Source: a virus. From it: DNA of 64,000 nucleotides. Position 1 is the first letter of the stretch. Every line of letters begins with the position of its first letter. Where the stretch lies: positions 37,996 through 101,995 of IMG/VR virus record IMGVR_UViG_3300033148_003591; one strand, given 5' to 3'. The translations under genes and the position numbers were made by a program. Below the pieces are notes generated by a model. That model was given only the letters and a program-made list of their open reading frames with translations, was not told where the DNA came from and searched no databases. Below are positions 30,147 to 40,128 of the stretch, one piece after another.

Positions 30147-30662
30147 TTAACTACATTGATTGTGTAAATTAACAATATCTTTATATAATTTACTAAAAAG
30201 TATATCGGTTTTTTCTTTTGGAATCAATGTTTCAAATGTACATTGTGCTTGATATTTTTCTATTGATTCCGACTTATTATTCGGTTTTATAAAACCTTCT
30301 CCTATAGCCATATCTGCCCATAACTGTTTATTGTGTTTATAAGCTGCGAATAAATCCTTATCTGCAATTGGGTGTCCACATTCCTCAATTCTTCCTCCTT
30401 GTAAACCATCTAAATCAGTTTCTATTTTAAAATCAATAGGTACATCTAATCCTATATCCCAACAGTTTTCTTCGGATTTAATGGTTATTGTTTTATTATT
30501 AAATTTTATCTTTTGATTAATTTTTTCAATTTCAGCAACAGATTCAAATACTAAAATCACAGAATTATAAATTATCTTAAACACTGTGTCTAATTCTTCT
30601 TTATAAATATACAATAAAAATAACATAACCCATAAAATATTTGATATTAATAATATGTCCAT
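30147..30662 (-). CDS. Hypothetical protein with N-terminal membrane anchor
   Basis: 'ILLISNILWVMLFLLYIY'. Confidence 0.5.
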   Translation of the reverse strand: MDILLISNILWVMLFLLYIYKEELDTVFKIIYNSVILVFESVAEIEKINQKIKFNNKTITIKSEENCWDIGLDVPIDFKIETDLDGLQGGRIEECGHPIADKDLFAAYKHNKQLWADMAIGEGFIKPNNKSESIEKYQAQCTFETLIPKEKTDILFSKLYKDIVNLHNQCS

Positions 30663-31228
30663 TATACAATCCTTTCTGATAACTTTTTCCATAACAATCT
30701 AGTTGCTCTTACATCGGCTAAAGCATTGTGTGCGTTATCTAATGTAATACCAAATTCTTTACAAGCTGTTTCTAACTTAATATTTTTCATATCAAATTTA
30801 CCAACAGAGACTAAACTTAATAACAATGCTGCTGTATCCATTTTATGATAGTCAAGATAACTACCGCAAAAATTGTTACCACCCTTTTTAAAAAATTCAA
30901 ATAAAAATCCTACATCAAATCCTATAACATGCCCACAAGAAATAAACTTATCATGCTTATTATATTTATCAATATACTTATCAAAAATAGTAACAATCTT
31001 ATTTAATACTACTTTAGGTGCTGGATAAGTTTTTAATTGTTCAACTGTTGTTTTATTTATTTCTAAGGCTCGTTGAGATATATTAATAAAATTATGTGGT
31101 CTAACATTAAAATCAAATTCTTCCTTTACTATACTATCAATTTCTATTATTCCCGCAATTTCAATAATATCATTTTCTACAGGATTAACACCTGTTGTTT
31201 CAGTGTCTAAGTAAAATATCTTCATCAC
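30662..31228 (-). CDS. DEDDh 3'-5' exonuclease (DnaQ-like)
   Basis: 'LDTETTG', 'GH..FD', 'DT', 'AHNALAD'. Confidence 0.9.
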   Translation of the reverse strand: MMKIFYLDTETTGVNPVENDIIEIAGIIEIDSIVKEEFDFNVRPHNFINISQRALEINKTTVEQLKTYPAPKVVLNKIVTIFDKYIDKYNKHDKFISCGHVIGFDVGFLFEFFKKGGNNFCGSYLDYHKMDTAALLLSLVSVGKFDMKNIKLETACKEFGITLDNAHNALADVRATRLLWKKLSERIV

Positions 31229-31683
31229 TCATTCTCTCCTTTAACATGTTTCCAAATATAACCATTTGCTGTTTTACGTTTACCTAAACAAACTTTGGAA
31301 ATATTTTGATTAGCGAAACCTAACTTTCTTTCAACTTCATGCATACTTTTCCAACTTCTAATAAAATTTCCTTGTAAATCGTATTGGTTAACTGGTTTTT
31401 CTTTATCTTTTCCGGCATTTATAGGCATTTCAATAAATCTACAATTTTCAAAGGTGTAATTTTCGTTATTATCCTTTCTATCTATACTAGGTTTTTCAAG
31501 CAACCATGCTTTATCCCTAAACCATAATCTCTTTACTTCTTTTGTAGTAATTAAACATTTAATTCCTCTACCGCCATAACGATGATAACCACAGTAATTT
31601 TTATTTGTGCATCTATTTTTAGCATCTGCTCTGATTGAAATCCAGGGATGTTCTTTTCTCCATCTTTTTATTGTGTTATTCAT
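31225..31683 (-). CDS. HNH homing endonuclease with NUMOD1 domain
   Basis: 'YGGRGIKC', 'SIDRKDNNENY...NCRF', 'PVNQYDLQGNFIRSW...GYIWK'. Confidence 0.8.
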   Translation of the reverse strand: MNNTIKRWRKEHPWISIRADAKNRCTNKNYCGYHRYGGRGIKCLITTKEVKRLWFRDKAWLLEKPSIDRKDNNENYTFENCRFIEMPINAGKDKEKPVNQYDLQGNFIRSWKSMHEVERKLGFANQNISKVCLGKRKTANGYIWKHVKGENE

Positions 31684-32137
31684 TCTCGCCAACACCTTGT
31701 TTTTTAAACTCATATTTCTTATTTAGCGACTGTCTCTCACAATCTTTAATTCCGCAATAAGACCTGCTAATATATCCTTCTAACACTGTAACCAAATCAT
31801 AATAACTCTTAATTGCAATTTCCGCTTTAGACTTTACAGCCGTATCTGTCATTCCTTTTTCACCACTTTTTTTATATTCATAAATCTTTTCGTGTTTAAT
31901 GTTGTGCCTATATGATTCTCCTTTAACCGAAATAGATTTTAAAAACATAATACATCCGGTTAATTTCTTAGTTATGTTATCATAATCTGCAAATGTCAAT
32001 CCATCATTGTTTAAAAGGTCTCCGTTTACTACATCAATCATTTCCATCACAGGTTCACAATTATCTAATAGTTCTACAATACCTTCTTCTGTCTGTATTA
32101 ATTCCTTAATTTTTTCATAACTCAATGGTAATATCAT
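31676..32137 (-). CDS. Helical protein, possibly a UvsY-like recombination mediator
   Basis: All-helical; 'MTDTAVKSKAE'; near recA. Confidence 0.3.
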   Translation of the reverse strand: MILPLSYEKIKELIQTEEGIVELLDNCEPVMEMIDVVNGDLLNNDGLTFADYDNITKKLTGCIMFLKSISVKGESYRHNIKHEKIYEYKKSGEKGMTDTAVKSKAEIAIKSYYDLVTVLEGYISRSYCGIKDCERQSLNKKYEFKKQGVGENE

Positions 32138-32306
32138 TATATTCCTCCTAAATCTATTTCTATAATTAATTTTCCATCTGAATTATAATAAGCGTGTGAT
32201 ACTTCAACAGAACACCCCCATTGATTAGGTTCAATAACTTCTGCATTTAATACATCATCCATTAAATTTATTTGACAATTTTTGATAAATCTTTGTATCC
32301 ATTTAA

Positions 32307-32603
32307 TCATCGTATTTCCTCCTTAAAATTTTTTAGCCATTGCTCATAAGCTTCAGCTTGTTGTTCTGTTATCTTAACATTTTTTAATAAACTATAATCA
32401 TCATGATGTTCTCTGCATATTGGGAAACAGTTAAATATTGATTGTAAAAATAAAGGAAATTTTTTAAAATTAAGCTTGGTATTTGATAATCTATGATGTA
32501 AATCGTTTACTTGATTTAAACATCCATGAACCATACAAAAACCATTAGTCATATCCATAGCTAATTTATAAACATATTCTGAAAAGTTTGGTTTCTTATC
32601 CAT
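32307..32603 (-). CDS. Small HNH-like nuclease
   Basis: 'C...C...DLHH...NCFPICREHH'. Confidence 0.55.
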   Translation of the reverse strand: MDKKPNFSEYVYKLAMDMTNGFCMVHGCLNQVNDLHHRLSNTKLNFKKFPLFLQSIFNCFPICREHHDDYSLLKNVKITEQQAEAYEQWLKNFKEEIR

Positions 32604-32615
32604 TAACAGTTCTCC

Positions 32616-32864
32616 TTATTTATAACTATTATAATACATTTTCAATTCTTCTTTTGTTGCATTTCTTTTTAATCTACATTCAGCCACTATTTCAACATTA
32701 CGTGTTCTGCCATTAAATACTGATGCAACAATAATCATATATTTCCTCATTGTTATATTGTGTTTTTCTTTTAATTCTTTTTTAATATAATTTAAAATTA
32801 ATTTTGTCTTTTTACCCCATAATTTTTTAGGTAAATTAACAATAACTCTATAACTATCCATCAC
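32616..32864 (-). CDS. Hypothetical basic protein
   Basis: SD GGAGG. Confidence 0.5.
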   Translation of the reverse strand: MMDSYRVIVNLPKKLWGKKTKLILNYIKKELKEKHNITMRKYMIIVASVFNGRTRNVEIVAECRLKRNATKEELKMYYNSYK

Positions 32865-33385
32865 TCCTCCTTAAATTTCCAAACAAATCCCCACATCTGT
32901 TTATATTTTCCATTACACACTTGAGAAATGCCCGTATGTACCAATCCCAATTTTCTTTCAATTTCTCTTGCACTCTTCCAACTCCTAATAAAATTTCCTT
33001 GTAAATCATATTGGTTTATAGGTTTTGAAGAAACCCAAACATTTTTTTCTGCAACATTTTTAGCTAATTCAATAAATCTACAATTTTTAAAAATATAATC
33101 TCCATCATTATCTTTTCTATCAATACTTGGTTGTACTTGTGAATAGGCTTTATCACGAAACCAAAGTTCTTTTAATTCTTCTACAGTGATTAAACACTTA
33201 ATACCACGACCACCATAACTATCATAATTAATACATTTTGAATTATTACACCGTTCTTTAATGTGATTAAAAACCACTTTCCAGGGATATTTTTTTCGCC
33301 ACTGTTTATTTTGATAATTACGTTTGATTTTATTTTTTAAATAATGATTGTGGTCATAAATTTTCTTTTCTTCTTTTGTCATCAT
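32861..33385 (-). CDS. HNH homing endonuclease with NUMOD1 domain
   Basis: Same motifs as 31225 and 40121. Confidence 0.8.
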   Translation of the reverse strand: MMTKEEKKIYDHNHYLKNKIKRNYQNKQWRKKYPWKVVFNHIKERCNNSKCINYDSYGGRGIKCLITVEELKELWFRDKAYSQVQPSIDRKDNDGDYIFKNCRFIELAKNVAEKNVWVSSKPINQYDLQGNFIRSWKSAREIERKLGLVHTGISQVCNGKYKQMWGFVWKFKEE

Positions 33386-34386
33386 TCTTCCTCAATAATT
33401 TGTAATATTTCTTCTTTAATTTTGTTATAAACATCATTATTATCCTTTAAAAATTGTATTGTTTTAAATTCACCTTGACCTATTTTTTGATTATTATATG
33501 ATATCCATGCACCGCTTTTTTCTATTATATTATACTTTAATCCCGCATTAAGAATATCTGAATATTTAGATAATCCATCTGTAAAAAATATAGTAAATTC
33601 AGTTATTTTATATGGGTCAGCCAATTTATTTTTAAGAATATCCGCCTTAACAATTATTCCATATTTATTCTTTTGACTATCTTCTAATTTTTTTATGCGT
33701 GTTAATCTAATTCTGATTGAACTATAAAATTTAAGAGCATTGCCACCTGATGTAACATACTTTTCACCAAACCCAAATTTTTGGATATTTGCTCGCATTT
33801 GATTAATAAATACAACACAGCATTTTGATTTGCTAATTTTACCTTTTAATCTATTTAATTCTTGACTCATTAATCTAGCAAGTTGTGCCATGTGTGAATC
33901 TCCAACGTCACCTTCTAATACCGCTTTAGGAGTAAGAGCTGCAACTGAATCTATTACTATTAAATCAACAGCTTCAGACTCTATTAATTTTTCTAAAATA
34001 GTCAATCCTTGTTCTGCTGTATCAGGTTGTGAAAATAATAACTTATTCACATTAACGCCAATTTTTTTGGCATAGGTTAAATCACAAGCATGTTCTGTAT
34101 CAATAATAGCACATTTACCACCTGATAATTGACATTCTCTGATTGCCGATAAAGCAAATGTGGTTTTCCCACTTGATTCTTGACTTGAAAAAACTTCTAC
34201 AATTCTTCCTTTAGGTAATCCGCCTATACCAAGTGCTTTATCTACTAAAATACTACCAGTAGAAATTACTTCAACAGGCTCAATAGGAGTTTTACCTAAT
34301 TCTCGGATTGCACCCTTACCATACAACTTTTCTATTTCTTTTAATTTAATTTCGAGTGGTGATAATTTTTTCTCTTCTTTAGCCAT
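33382..34386 (-). CDS. recA: RecA recombinase
   Basis: 'ISTGS..D.ALGIGGLPKGRIVE', 'ESSGKTT', 'SQPD', 'DSVAAL', 'ARLMSQ', 'GGNALKFY'. Confidence 0.96.
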   Translation of the reverse strand: MAKEEKKLSPLEIKLKEIEKLYGKGAIRELGKTPIEPVEVISTGSILVDKALGIGGLPKGRIVEVFSSQESSGKTTFALSAIRECQLSGGKCAIIDTEHACDLTYAKKIGVNVNKLLFSQPDTAEQGLTILEKLIESEAVDLIVIDSVAALTPKAVLEGDVGDSHMAQLARLMSQELNRLKGKISKSKCCVVFINQMRANIQKFGFGEKYVTSGGNALKFYSSIRIRLTRIKKLEDSQKNKYGIIVKADILKNKLADPYKITEFTIFFTDGLSKYSDILNAGLKYNIIEKSGAWISYNNQKIGQGEFKTIQFLKDNNDVYNKIKEEILQIIEEE

Positions 34387-34583
34387 TATAATTCTCCTAT
34401 TATTTTTCGATTATCATCCATGTAACATTCTTGTTTACACCACAAATTATTAGCCCAAAGTTTAGTTTGATTTTTACATACTCCAATTGGATTATTACCT
34501 TTACTCCAATCATCTTCATAATGATTATATTCATATCTTTTAGTTTTATAATTAAATTTATACCAAGTAGTTATTTTTTTCAT
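34386..34583 (-). CDS. Hypothetical protein
   Basis: Coupled to recA (TAATG). Confidence 0.5.
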   Translation of the reverse strand: MKKITTWYKFNYKTKRYEYNHYEDDWSKGNNPIGVCKNQTKLWANNLWCKQECYMDDNRKIIGEL

Positions 34584-34600
34584 TTATTCCCCTTAAATAT

Positions 34601-34958
34601 AATAGACAGGCAAATTGTCTATATTCTTTCTATTGTTTTACCTTCGTCATTTAATAAATAAACTACTAAATTGGTAACAAAATTCATCGGTTCATCTTTT
34701 CCTCTTAACCAAGCTGTGATATGATTATAATATTCTGCATCTTCGAGAATTTTTCCATTTTTATCTAGTCTTTGAATGTAATCATTTAACATTAAATCGG
34801 TATTAACATTGGGTTTTTGTCTTTGTTTCTTACTTATCGGTTGATGTCTTACTGATGATACATTCTCAATTAATTCCCACGCTTCTCCAAACATTCCATT
34901 TACTTTTAATTTCAATATCATATCTACCTACCTTTCTATCTATATCTGCCTGTCTATT
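34601..34958. repeat. 12-bp perfect inverted repeats (AATAGACAGGCA / TGCCTGTCTATT) flanking ORF 34619-34921
   Basis: Copies at 34601-34612 and 34947-34958. Confidence 0.8.
34619..34921 (-). CDS. Hypothetical beta-rich phage protein (C-terminal YLLNDEGKTIERI)
   Basis: 100 aa ORF with a purine-rich repeat leader. Confidence 0.65.
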   Translation of the reverse strand: MILKLKVNGMFGEAWELIENVSSVRHQPISKKQRQKPNVNTDLMLNDYIQRLDKNGKILEDAEYYNHITAWLRGKDEPMNFVTNLVVYLLNDEGKTIERI

Positions 34959-35544
34959 TATTTTCTGCATAATAAGCCAATCCTAATATAATTGAATCAG
35001 CAGTGTCTTCACCTATTCCAATTTCATCATCAATTAATTTACTTATCTTTTCCATTCTATATTTAAATTTTGTTGCTTTTATATCTTTAGCCTTATACTG
35101 ATTTTTCATTTGAAGAATCATATATTCATATTTTTCAATTAATTCTTTATCTCCCCAACCATATTTTTGAGCAACATAAAGTTGTATTTCTGCTTTATGA
35201 GAATTACCTTTTGCACCTGCTAATGGTCTTGCCCTATTAGCCATATAGAAATGTGGTATTTTATATTTCTCATTTATCCATGAATAAACAACTGCACCAG
35301 ATATTCTAGCTAAATATTTCAATACATCAACATTTTTAAACCGCATATTTAAAAATACATCTTCAACTACAAGTTCATCTATTCCATTATATAATTCTTT
35401 AATTTTATTTACTAAGTAATGTATTTTTTTAAAAGGATGAATCTCAGGAGAAGGTGTTATTCTACCCTTATCTATCAACTTACAATCTTTGCTGAATTTA
35501 CACCAACCTGTGCATTTACTTGAAAGGTCTAAACAAAGTATCAT
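34954..35544 (-). CDS. ruvC: RuvC-like Holliday junction resolvase
   Basis: 'ILCLDLSSKCTGW', 'VVED', 'KAEI', 'EDTADSI'. Confidence 0.75.
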   Translation of the reverse strand: MILCLDLSSKCTGWCKFSKDCKLIDKGRITPSPEIHPFKKIHYLVNKIKELYNGIDELVVEDVFLNMRFKNVDVLKYLARISGAVVYSWINEKYKIPHFYMANRARPLAGAKGNSHKAEIQLYVAQKYGWGDKELIEKYEYMILQMKNQYKAKDIKATKFKYRMEKISKLIDDEIGIGEDTADSIILGLAYYAENK

Positions 35545-35549
35545 TTTTA

Positions 35550-37556
35550 TTATCTCCTCTTTTCAGCTTCTATTTCTTTTATTGTACGTACTTGACAAGT
35601 GTTCTCGTCATAGTAAGTAGGTATCAATCTTGTTTCAGGATGTTTTGGTTTATTATTTTTCGTAACAAGAAATTTGCCATTTTTACGATTGGTATTTACA
35701 TCTTCTAATAAAAATTTTACAGCAAGTGATGGGTAATGTTTACAAGAATTTGGCGAGAACCATCCGTTTTTATTTATACCATCTTCTTTTAATTGCATAA
35801 AGGTTATTAAAAAACTATTACTTTTTATAAGTTGATTTTTTAATCGTTTAAACATACTAGGAACTTGAGTAAAATCTTCAGATGGGTCTAACCAATCAAT
35901 AATTATAATAGAATTTTTTTCAAATTCCACTTCTAATGGGTCACTCTCATCATCATAAAGAAAATCACATTCTTTTAAACCTCTTGCCAATGCAATTTCG
36001 ATAAAGTTCTTCACTTCAGTTTCAAATAATTTGGGTGTTTTACCTTGTTTAACTAATCGTTCTATAATGTTCATCACAAGTGTAGTTTTTCCCGAACCTG
36101 ACTGAGCACCAATTAAAATTTGCTCACCATACTTTAACCTAGTAATATCATCAAAATATGGTATTTTAAAATCTAATGGTTTTGCTCTGTCAATTAAACT
36201 TGTTTTCCAATTAGCTTTTTTGATTAAAAAATATTCATTTTTCTTACGCTGAATTTTATCCTCTTGAATTAATTCTACTAAAATACTAGCTAATAATAAT
36301 TTTTTCTCGCCCTTTACTCTTTCACTGAACACACAAATCTCAATCTCATCACTTCTTCCTCTTGTTGCTTTTTCTAAATAATTTAACACTTCATTTTTAA
36401 TATTTCGCTCATCTTGTTTAGTGTAGTTTCTAATACTTTTTAATACTGTTTTTTCTAATCCAATGTCTGGAATTGGCGGATTACAGTGTGTTTGATTAAC
36501 TAATTTAATCATTTTCTCAGTCATATGTATTGGAAAATTGTTTCTTAAAATACCACCGAATTTAATTAAATACTCACTACGACCTTGACCCTTATCAACT
36601 AATCCAAAATTCATCCCTTCATAATTACCAAGATTAGGATTATCAGATGTATTTGTCTTAACTGGAGATTCCATTTTTTCTAATAAAAACTTTTTCAATT
36701 CTTCCGGTATATCTGCTGTTTTATCACCAATAACTTGTCTTGTGGTATCTCCTATTTTACTTGGTTGAATAGCAATATATCCACCATCATGTTCAACATC
36801 AATATGTAATTCATTAATTTTAGTTTTTCTAAATCCTTCCACATAATTAAATATAATATGCATCCCACCATTAGTAATCTGATGCATTGTTAATTTTTCA
36901 GGATGTCCTAATTTTCCTAAAATTTCATCGAGTAATTTATTGCTATCTGCTATTGCCTGTTTTTTTTCTTCTTCTGATGCTTTTCCTGAATAAATTTTCT
37001 CTTTAATTATCTTCGGCATAGTATCAATATCTATAGTTGTTTTCTTTGATAATCCACACACCATACCAACATTTAATCCTAACTTAATCCAATTCAGCCA
37101 TTCTTTAATGTTAGTATATGAAGTTTTTTGCCAATTGTTATTACCTTTAACTGGCATTTTTCCAAAATGACCTTCTGGAATAGAGTTACTATTTTTACAT
37201 AACGGTGTTAAACAAAACCCATTATCTTTATACTTCTGAAATAGTTTTTCTAAATCACTTTGTTCATTATCTGTGACAACAGGAATGTTAAACAAATCCC
37301 GTATGTGCTTAATAATTTTTTCATCATTAGAATCCTTAAATTCCGGCTCTATTTTCTTAACGAAATCTAAGATAGTAAATTTTTTACAAGTGAAACAATT
37401 TATCTTAGGTACATTAGGAATTTTTTGTCCAGTAAACGGTTCTTTACCACATTTAGGGCATTTAACCATCGTTAAAGCACCACTCTTTTTGAATGGATAT
37501 TTTTTTAACGTAAGATAATCCATTAACTTATTATAAATTGCATCTTGATATGCCAT
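35550..37556 (-). CDS. Primase-helicase (Zn finger + bifunctional Prim-Pol + RecA-like helicase)
   Basis: CPKC...CFTC; 'NVGMVCG...IDID', 'TNGGMH', 'GGYIAIQPS'; Walker A 'AQSGSGKT', 'IIIDW', 'MQ'. Confidence 0.85.
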   Translation of the reverse strand: MAYQDAIYNKLMDYLTLKKYPFKKSGALTMVKCPKCGKEPFTGQKIPNVPKINCFTCKKFTILDFVKKIEPEFKDSNDEKIIKHIRDLFNIPVVTDNEQSDLEKLFQKYKDNGFCLTPLCKNSNSIPEGHFGKMPVKGNNNWQKTSYTNIKEWLNWIKLGLNVGMVCGLSKKTTIDIDTMPKIIKEKIYSGKASEEEKKQAIADSNKLLDEILGKLGHPEKLTMHQITNGGMHIIFNYVEGFRKTKINELHIDVEHDGGYIAIQPSKIGDTTRQVIGDKTADIPEELKKFLLEKMESPVKTNTSDNPNLGNYEGMNFGLVDKGQGRSEYLIKFGGILRNNFPIHMTEKMIKLVNQTHCNPPIPDIGLEKTVLKSIRNYTKQDERNIKNEVLNYLEKATRGRSDEIEICVFSERVKGEKKLLLASILVELIQEDKIQRKKNEYFLIKKANWKTSLIDRAKPLDFKIPYFDDITRLKYGEQILIGAQSGSGKTTLVMNIIERLVKQGKTPKLFETEVKNFIEIALARGLKECDFLYDDESDPLEVEFEKNSIIIIDWLDPSEDFTQVPSMFKRLKNQLIKSNSFLITFMQLKEDGINKNGWFSPNSCKHYPSLAVKFLLEDVNTNRKNGKFLVTKNNKPKHPETRLIPTYYDENTCQVRTIKEIEAEKRR

Positions 37557-37569
37557 AATTTTCCTTTTA

Positions 37570-37644
37570 TGGTCAGGTAGAAAGACATTTCATCTTCCAT
37601 CTCCTCGCTGTAAGCATGGTATTTTATACTTAAACTATACCTGA
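37570..37644 (-). ncRNA. Degenerate tRNA-like element (anticodon position UAC, Val-like)
   Basis: Reverse complement TCAGGTA-TA-GTTT..AAAT-A-CCATG CTTACAG CGAGG-AGAT-GGAAG..CTTTC-TACCTGA-CCA; no TTC in the T-loop and no GG in the D-loop. Confidence 0.55.
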
Positions 37645-37656
37645 TAAATTTAACAT

Positions 37657-38178
37657 TTATTTATTCTGTATTTTTACAAGAGCTGCATCAAACATTATTT
37701 CATACGCCTTTTTCAATACATCCAAATTATCACCATTAATATGTCCGGCAAGAACTTGAATAGATGTAGATGCTGTTATAGACGCTTGTTGTCGTTCAAT
37801 ACTATTTTGTGTATCATTTGGTACATATCCAGGCTTAGAACCCTGTTTTTTAGCGTATGGTGTGGCTATATCCTTAGTTTTCTTGGTGTCCGGCTTGGTA
37901 GCTACTGTTTGTTCCTTTGTTGGCTCTACGGGCTTACCATCCTTTATTTCTTTAATTGAAGTAATCTTTAATCCTTTTTTACCTTCAGCTTGAGTGTATT
38001 CAATTTCAACTTCTCCATCTGCATTGGTTTCAAATAATTTTTTCGCATAATTGTGTTGCTGTTCTGCTGTTAAATTACCATCGCCTTGAAATTTTCCCCA
38101 TACTACATCATCGTCTTTTGGAAGTTGAATACCAAAAAATGCTGAACCCATTTTAATTATTTTTACTGTTAATTTCAT
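37657..38178 (-). CDS. Hypothetical protein (possible OB-fold, replication region)
   Basis: Beta-rich N-terminal domain, linker, C-terminal helices. Confidence 0.45.
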   Translation of the reverse strand: MKLTVKIIKMGSAFFGIQLPKDDDVVWGKFQGDGNLTAEQQHNYAKKLFETNADGEVEIEYTQAEGKKGLKITSIKEIKDGKPVEPTKEQTVATKPDTKKTKDIATPYAKKQGSKPGYVPNDTQNSIERQQASITASTSIQVLAGHINGDNLDVLKKAYEIMFDAALVKIQNK

Positions 38179-38420
38179 GATTTATTTTCTCCTTTTATTT
38201 TATCAATTAATTTACTAAATTCTACTAGCCCATATTCAAAAGTATATACCTTTTTAGATTTTTTTACTAAAATAACAGAAATATACATTCTTCTATCAGA
38301 AGGAATATTAGTTCCTTTTTTACATTTTACATACGGAGTCGGATTTATTTTAACTGATAACCCCGATTGTTTTGGTAATAAACTATTTAACAATACTTCA
38401 TATTTTGAAATTTCTTTCAT
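38175..38420 (-). CDS. Hypothetical protein
   Basis: SD AAGGAG. Confidence 0.5.
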   Translation of the reverse strand: MKEISKYEVLLNSLLPKQSGLSVKINPTPYVKCKKGTNIPSDRRMYISVILVKKSKKVYTFEYGLVEFSKLIDKIKGENKS

Positions 38421-38454
38421 ATGATTTCTCCTTATTTTATGTTTAAACTATAAT

Positions 38455-39051
38455 TTAAAAATCATCTGCACTTGGCTCATCATTGGCTGGCTCAACTTCA
38501 ATTCCATTTTCTTCATTAAACCTTCCAATTTGTGCCTGTAATACATTGTATAAAAATTCCTCAACTTTTTTATAATCCAATTTCTTTTTACCAAGTTCAA
38601 CTGTTTCTACTGGTAATGGTAAACCATTTGGTTCATCTTTAGTATGCTGAAATTTAACATTCTCGCCATTTTGTTTTACTAATAAAACATTTCTTTTAGC
38701 ATCTGTTTTATCTGAAAACGCATTGATTCTGACTTGTGAAGAAAAATCAACATTCGGTAACTGTGAAACAATATTTCTCTTCATACTTGACTTCCAAGGA
38801 ACTGATAAAATATACTTATCATCAATTTCAATGTTAATAAATGCACCAAAATCTTTTACATCATAAGTAATCCCTGTTATTTTACCATCTAAATATTGAT
38901 AGTGCTGTTCATAAACTAATTTACCTTGATTTTTACCTGCTGCTAATACCCTTGATACTGCTCCCTGTGTTCCTTCGCTTACTCTTATAGCCATCATTCC
39001 ACCAACTACTTGTACAAATGTTTTCCCATTACCGCTGTTACCTAAACCCAT
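38455..39051 (-). CDS. Putative single-stranded DNA-binding protein
   Basis: Beta-rich, acidic tail ending 'DEPSADDF', lies between exonuclease and primase. Confidence 0.5.
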   Translation of the reverse strand: MGLGNSGNGKTFVQVVGGMMAIRVSEGTQGAVSRVLAAGKNQGKLVYEQHYQYLDGKITGITYDVKDFGAFINIEIDDKYILSVPWKSSMKRNIVSQLPNVDFSSQVRINAFSDKTDAKRNVLLVKQNGENVKFQHTKDEPNGLPLPVETVELGKKKLDYKKVEEFLYNVLQAQIGRFNEENGIEVEPANDEPSADDF

Positions 39052-39225
39052 TTTGCCCTCCTTAGTTAAAGTTATTATTTAATTATTTTTTCTATTGCGG
39101 TTTCAACATCAATAATTGCACACCTTATTTCTTCTAATTTTTTATTAGCTTTTTGTATAAGAGCATTTAGACTTATAACTAGAAACCCAATCCCCCATAA
39201 TGCTAACAATATTAAGAAATCCATC

Positions 39226-40128
39226 TTACCTTCCTTCCTTTAATTTTTGAGCTTTTAAAGCCAACCTTTTAGCTTTCCCTTTTTCAGACTGTTTTTTCTT
39301 CTGTGCCTTTTCTTTTTTAATATAATATTTTTCACATTCTTCCATTGTTAATATATTACTTTTACCATAAGCTTGTTGTATTCTATATTGAAATTTATCA
39401 AAGTACGGCAAATCTTCCCAATTATATCCAGCACTCATGTCTAACTTTAAAATTATTTTCTTTAATGGCTCAGTCACGAAATTAGGAAGAGAAATTAAAT
39501 CATTGCAAAGCTTCCGATTATCATAGGCTTCCTCTGTATAGGTTTCATTTTCCATCCCATCTTTGGCTTCTTTTTGTGATTTCTTAGCAATTATTTTTAC
39601 TACATCAAAATTTTTGGGTTTTATTTTCCACGCACCCTTACTGGATTTATATTTCTTTTTGGGTGAAAAAATAGATACGTTTGGATAATACCACATTTGC
39701 TCAATATCGCCATCTGATGTAATAAATACTAATTCTTTATCCTTTATAACTTGCGGAAGGATACCAAAAAAATCATCCGCCTCAAACCTATTAAGACATA
39801 AGAATTTTATTCCTATCCATTCTAAATCCTGTTGTAACTCTTCTGCTAACCGCCAAATTAATGTCCAATTCCTCCCTGATTTTTTTCTCATGTCTTTACG
39901 TTGGTGCTTATATTTTTTTTCGTAGTCGGAACGCCAACAGCCTTCTAAATGTGTTAAATCTTTCGCCACAACTATAACATCATTTTCATTTAAACCAATT
40001 TTACGCAAATGTGATGTCATCATATTTAATACTTGATATTTTAAACCGTATTCTGGTATAGCTTTAGCAAAGCCTATCACATGGATGTAGATTAAATAAT
40101 CAAAAACTATAATTTTTTGCTTATCCAT
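39226..40128 (-). CDS. 5'-3' exonuclease / T4 RNase H-like flap nuclease
   Basis: 'VFD', 'WR..Y..KYK.QR', 'FEADD', 'TSDGD..Q'. Confidence 0.85.
   Translation of the reverse strand: MDKQKIIVFDYLIYIHVIGFAKAIPEYGLKYQVLNMMTSHLRKIGLNENDVIVVAKDLTHLEGCWRSDYEKKYKHQRKDMRKKSGRNWTLIWRLAEELQQDLEWIGIKFLCLNRFEADDFFGILPQVIKDKELVFITSDGDIEQMWYYPNVSIFSPKKKYKSSKGAWKIKPKNFDVVKIIAKKSQKEAKDGMENETYTEEAYDNRKLCNDLISLPNFVTEPLKKIILKLDMSAGYNWEDLPYFDKFQYRIQQAYGKSNILTMEECEKYYIKKEKAQKKKQSEKGKAKRLALKAQKLKEGR

Noticed and set aside
34601-34958. IS element or MITE call for the inverted-repeat unit
   Set aside because: The enclosed ORF has no transposase motifs and there is no clear target-site duplication; kept as a possible RNA-level element instead
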